Shown: in pieces, positions 60,928-64,000 of the stretch
Layout of the letters: each line of letters opens with the position of its first letter
How positions within the stretch are numbered: position 1 is the stretch's first letter
Source: Takakia lepidozioides
Taxonomy: Eukaryota > Plantae > Bryophyta
Direction of reading: 5' to 3'
DNA length: 64,000 nucleotides
Assembly: GCA_030704615.1 (NCBI GenBank)
Contig: CM060734.1
Location: 62,558,001-62,622,000 of the forward strand
Program-made: the position numbers and the translations under genes
Notes under the pieces: model-generated
What the model was told of the DNA's origin: nothing
What the model saw: only the letters and a program-made list of their open reading frames with translations
Database searches by the model: none

Positions 60928-63900
60928 ATGCCTCCCAAGGCTGGCAAGTCCAAGGAGCCGGTGGTGGAACGTCCGATTCTGGGCCGCTTCTCATCCCATT
61001 TGAAGATTGGCATTGTATGTAGAGTTGTGCGACCTTGTAATTTCTGCAAGGATTTGGAGCGTGCTAGTGGGTGTTGGTACTGACTTATTTCTACTAGGAT
61101 ATGCGAGTTTGCAGAACTTGTTGGTACTGATCCACCTCGACGATGGCGTACAAAGTAATTCTTATCTTGTCAAGTTCTTAGAGATCTGCCCGATGCATGG
61201 TTTTAATGTATACTCAGCTTGGAGAGATTGACAAATTCATAAACAAAATCTCCGCAGCTTGTTGTTGCTAAGGCGTGCCGTTGGTTGCGCAGGTCGGACT
61301 GCCGAATGTGGGAAAGTCAACGCTGTTCAACACCCTTACCAAGCTATCGATCCCTGCAGAGAACTATCCCTTCTGCACAATTGAACCCAATGAGGCCCGC
61401 GTATTTGTGCCAGATGATCGCTTTGATTGGCTTCTCCAGCAGTACAAGCCAAAGAGTGAGGTAACGGACATCTGTTGGCTGCTTAAATTGTCATTCATGA
61501 GCTGAGAACAGTCCAACAATTGTAGGTAGGGGTTTTGTCGGGTTTCATTGCAAAATCTCTGGAAGGTGAAGGGTGCAGTAATGGCAGTGACATGTGGGGG
61601 GGTCGGGTGGAGCAGGTTTCAGCATTTTTGGAAGTGAATGATATTGCTGGATTGGTACGGGGTGCACATGAAGGCCAGGGCCTTGGCAACAACTTTTTGT
61701 CCCATATCCGGGCTGTGGATGGCATCTTTCATGTTCTAAGTAAGCTCTAACTTTGTAGTTTAGGTTGTCTTTCCTCTCTGTTGGGATATTTGGATTGTGT
61801 GCACCTATTGCCAGGCATGACAAAACATGGTTGTTGAGGCTCAATTGAGTCTGTAAGGGTTTTTGGACCTAGGCTACCTTTCTATTGTGGGAAACGTGTG
61901 AAGGAAGCAGGACTGTCAGGGAGATTGGTCTGAAGCTGCTTCAAAAATTTGGGAGAATTTCTTATGAACTCAATTTAAGGATACCTACTTCCAGCCTAGT
62001 TCTGCTGGGTTTCACTTTTCATGGTTCCTGGTGCAGTTCCAGTGCCACAGATTGTGCAGAAATAAAAATGTGGTGCGCCAGGGTTTTTGTGAAGACTGAA
62101 AGGCCACATGACGACAAGGTTTTTATGCAATTGATGATTGAATTTGTCCCAGTCTGTACCTGCCTTCTTGAGTCCAATGTCTACATGGCTCAGGGCAATA
62201 AGCTCTCTGTCTCCTTTGTCTGCTTGTAGCTCATGATACAAGCCTGTTCCTATGCTGCGGGTGTGCAAAACATACCTAAGTCACTTGACTGGTTTACATT
62301 GTATTTCTGCCTTTTTCATGGAAGTTGGCTAGTTAATATTGGCGAGCACACAGGGAATATGCAACATTGAAAGTATACAGGTAAAAGAACATATGAAAGT
62401 GACCTATGTCATTCTAGAAACCTAGGATGGTTGCGGTGGCATAGCATGAAACAGAATCACATCATACCTGATGATGCATGAGTTGGCAGCAAAATGGACA
62501 TATGATGACCTGGCTTTCAGGCACTGATCTGTCCTTTATGTAACTTTCAGCTCTTTTGGGTGTTATAAAGCATTAAAAAAATTTAAGCATGTGTGACAGT
62601 GATCTCCACATTGTGATGCCTGCTGCAGGAGCTTTTGATGACCCTGAGGTGACCCATGTGGAAGATACCGTTGATCCTATCAGAGATCTGGAAATCATTA
62701 CTCAAGAGTTGCGCCTCAAGGTATATGATTGCCATATTATTTTTACACTGTGCCTATATGGTCTATGTTCTTTTGTTGATGGTGTGATGGCGCAACCTTG
62801 GCAGGATACTGAGTTTATGGACAGGAAACTTGAGGATCTGGAAAAGGCTTTGAAGCGCAGCAATGACAAGCAGCTCAAATTGGAACTGGAGTGTTGCCAG
62901 AAAGTAAGGCACCTTGTGGACTCATGGTTTTCCAATGCATTGGATATGCTGGGAGTTTTGTGGTGGTGAAAGCTGTACTGTGCGGCAGTACATCTGGGCC
63001 ATACTATTGTCGGATCTCATGGTTCAGTGTCATGTCTTGTTGCTTGAGTTGACCATCGGGTTGAACTTACATGAAGCAATGCAGCATTTTTTTTTGCACT
63101 TTTTAATTTTGCCTCCCATTAGTACAGGTTACAAGGCAGTTCATCTCAATGACAGTTACTCCATTTTCCCTGTAAACTGCTTTTTAGCTTTATGGTCTTC
63201 TTTCAGGACTAATCACTTCAGTCCTATGAGCGTGCATGTGTTGGAGATTGGCAGAGAGGAAGCTTAGGTTTCTCATTTAATTTACCCAGTCACTTACTTC
63301 CAGCACTAGTATAAGGAACATACTCCCCCAGAAGCGTATCTTATCGACCTTTATCTTTCCTACTTACAATCAATTCATGTTTATGGGAGATTTAGTGGAA
63401 ATCAACTAATTCTTGCAAAAACAGCCTTCAACATTACTGAACATCTTCATGTTGGACTCAGTAAGGGACTGTGGCGGGCTTTTGATGTGTATGGTCTGGA
63501 GTAGGTGCAAGCTTGGCTGAAAGATGGACACGATGTTCGACTTGGGGAATGGAAGGCTGCTGAGATTGAGATCCTTAACACCTTTCAATTGCTGTCTGCC
63601 AAACCTGTGGTTTACTTGGTATGCTTTGGAACTGGTGAAATTTCCTTGTTGTCGTAGCTGCTTTCTGACTAGCATACTCTAAGAGATCATGAAGGACCCT
63701 ATGTTCTCAGCCTGATCCAAAGTTCACAGGCACGGCAGGTCTCTTATGGACATGCTCGGGTGAGACATTGCAGGCTCGGGGTGAACTTGTTTCGTTGTAA
63801 CCTGCACTTGTGTCATTAGCATCAGTTGTCTGTCATGAGGGATTATGCAAAAGAGAGAGGCAGCAGCCAGGAGTGGAAGTTGTGCACTATTTGCATTGCA

Positions 63901-63980
63901 CCTTTGTGTGTGCAGGTGAACATGACAGAGAAGGACTATCAGCGGAAGAAGAATAAGTGGCTGCCCAAAATCCATACCTG
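60928..63980 (+). CDS. OLA1: Obg-like ATPase 1 / YchF (5' part; continues beyond the window)
   Basis: Exons encode MPPKAGK...[25 protein letters not shown]...[53 protein letters not shown]...[22 protein letters not shown] and [16 protein letters not shown]. Confidence 0.95.
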
Positions 63981-64000
63981 GTTGGTCACCTGCATACGTT

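Overview
Eukaryotic nuclear DNA from a land plant, most likely a bryophyte (moss-like). This is inferred from spliced GT-AG genes, plastid transit peptides, PLS-type PPR remnants and KP4-like genes. The first ~8 kb is a tandem array of intronless genes for secreted killer-toxin KP4-like proteins: one intact, one stop-containing truncated copy, and the 3' end of a third at the window edge. The array is peppered with hAT-type MITEs and tRNA-derived SINEs. Then follow a UGT 5' fragment, pTAC14 (+), an intronless frameshifted anthranilate synthase alpha retrocopy (-), and CCZ1 (-), whose intron 2 holds a ~5.4 kb antisense LINE that has captured an LTR-integrase fragment. Next come a decayed, tandemly repeated locus joining OSB-type PDF motifs to PPR motifs, an L1 remnant, a BCCP gene with a stop just before its biotinylation motif, intact VPS29 head-to-head with a SKP1 pseudogene, plastid RPS21, an intronless membrane-anchored PDI (CHHC, KKXX) and the 5' part of OLA1/YchF. 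All calls come from reading and hand-translating the sequence. No database searches were run, and exon boundaries are manual estimates.
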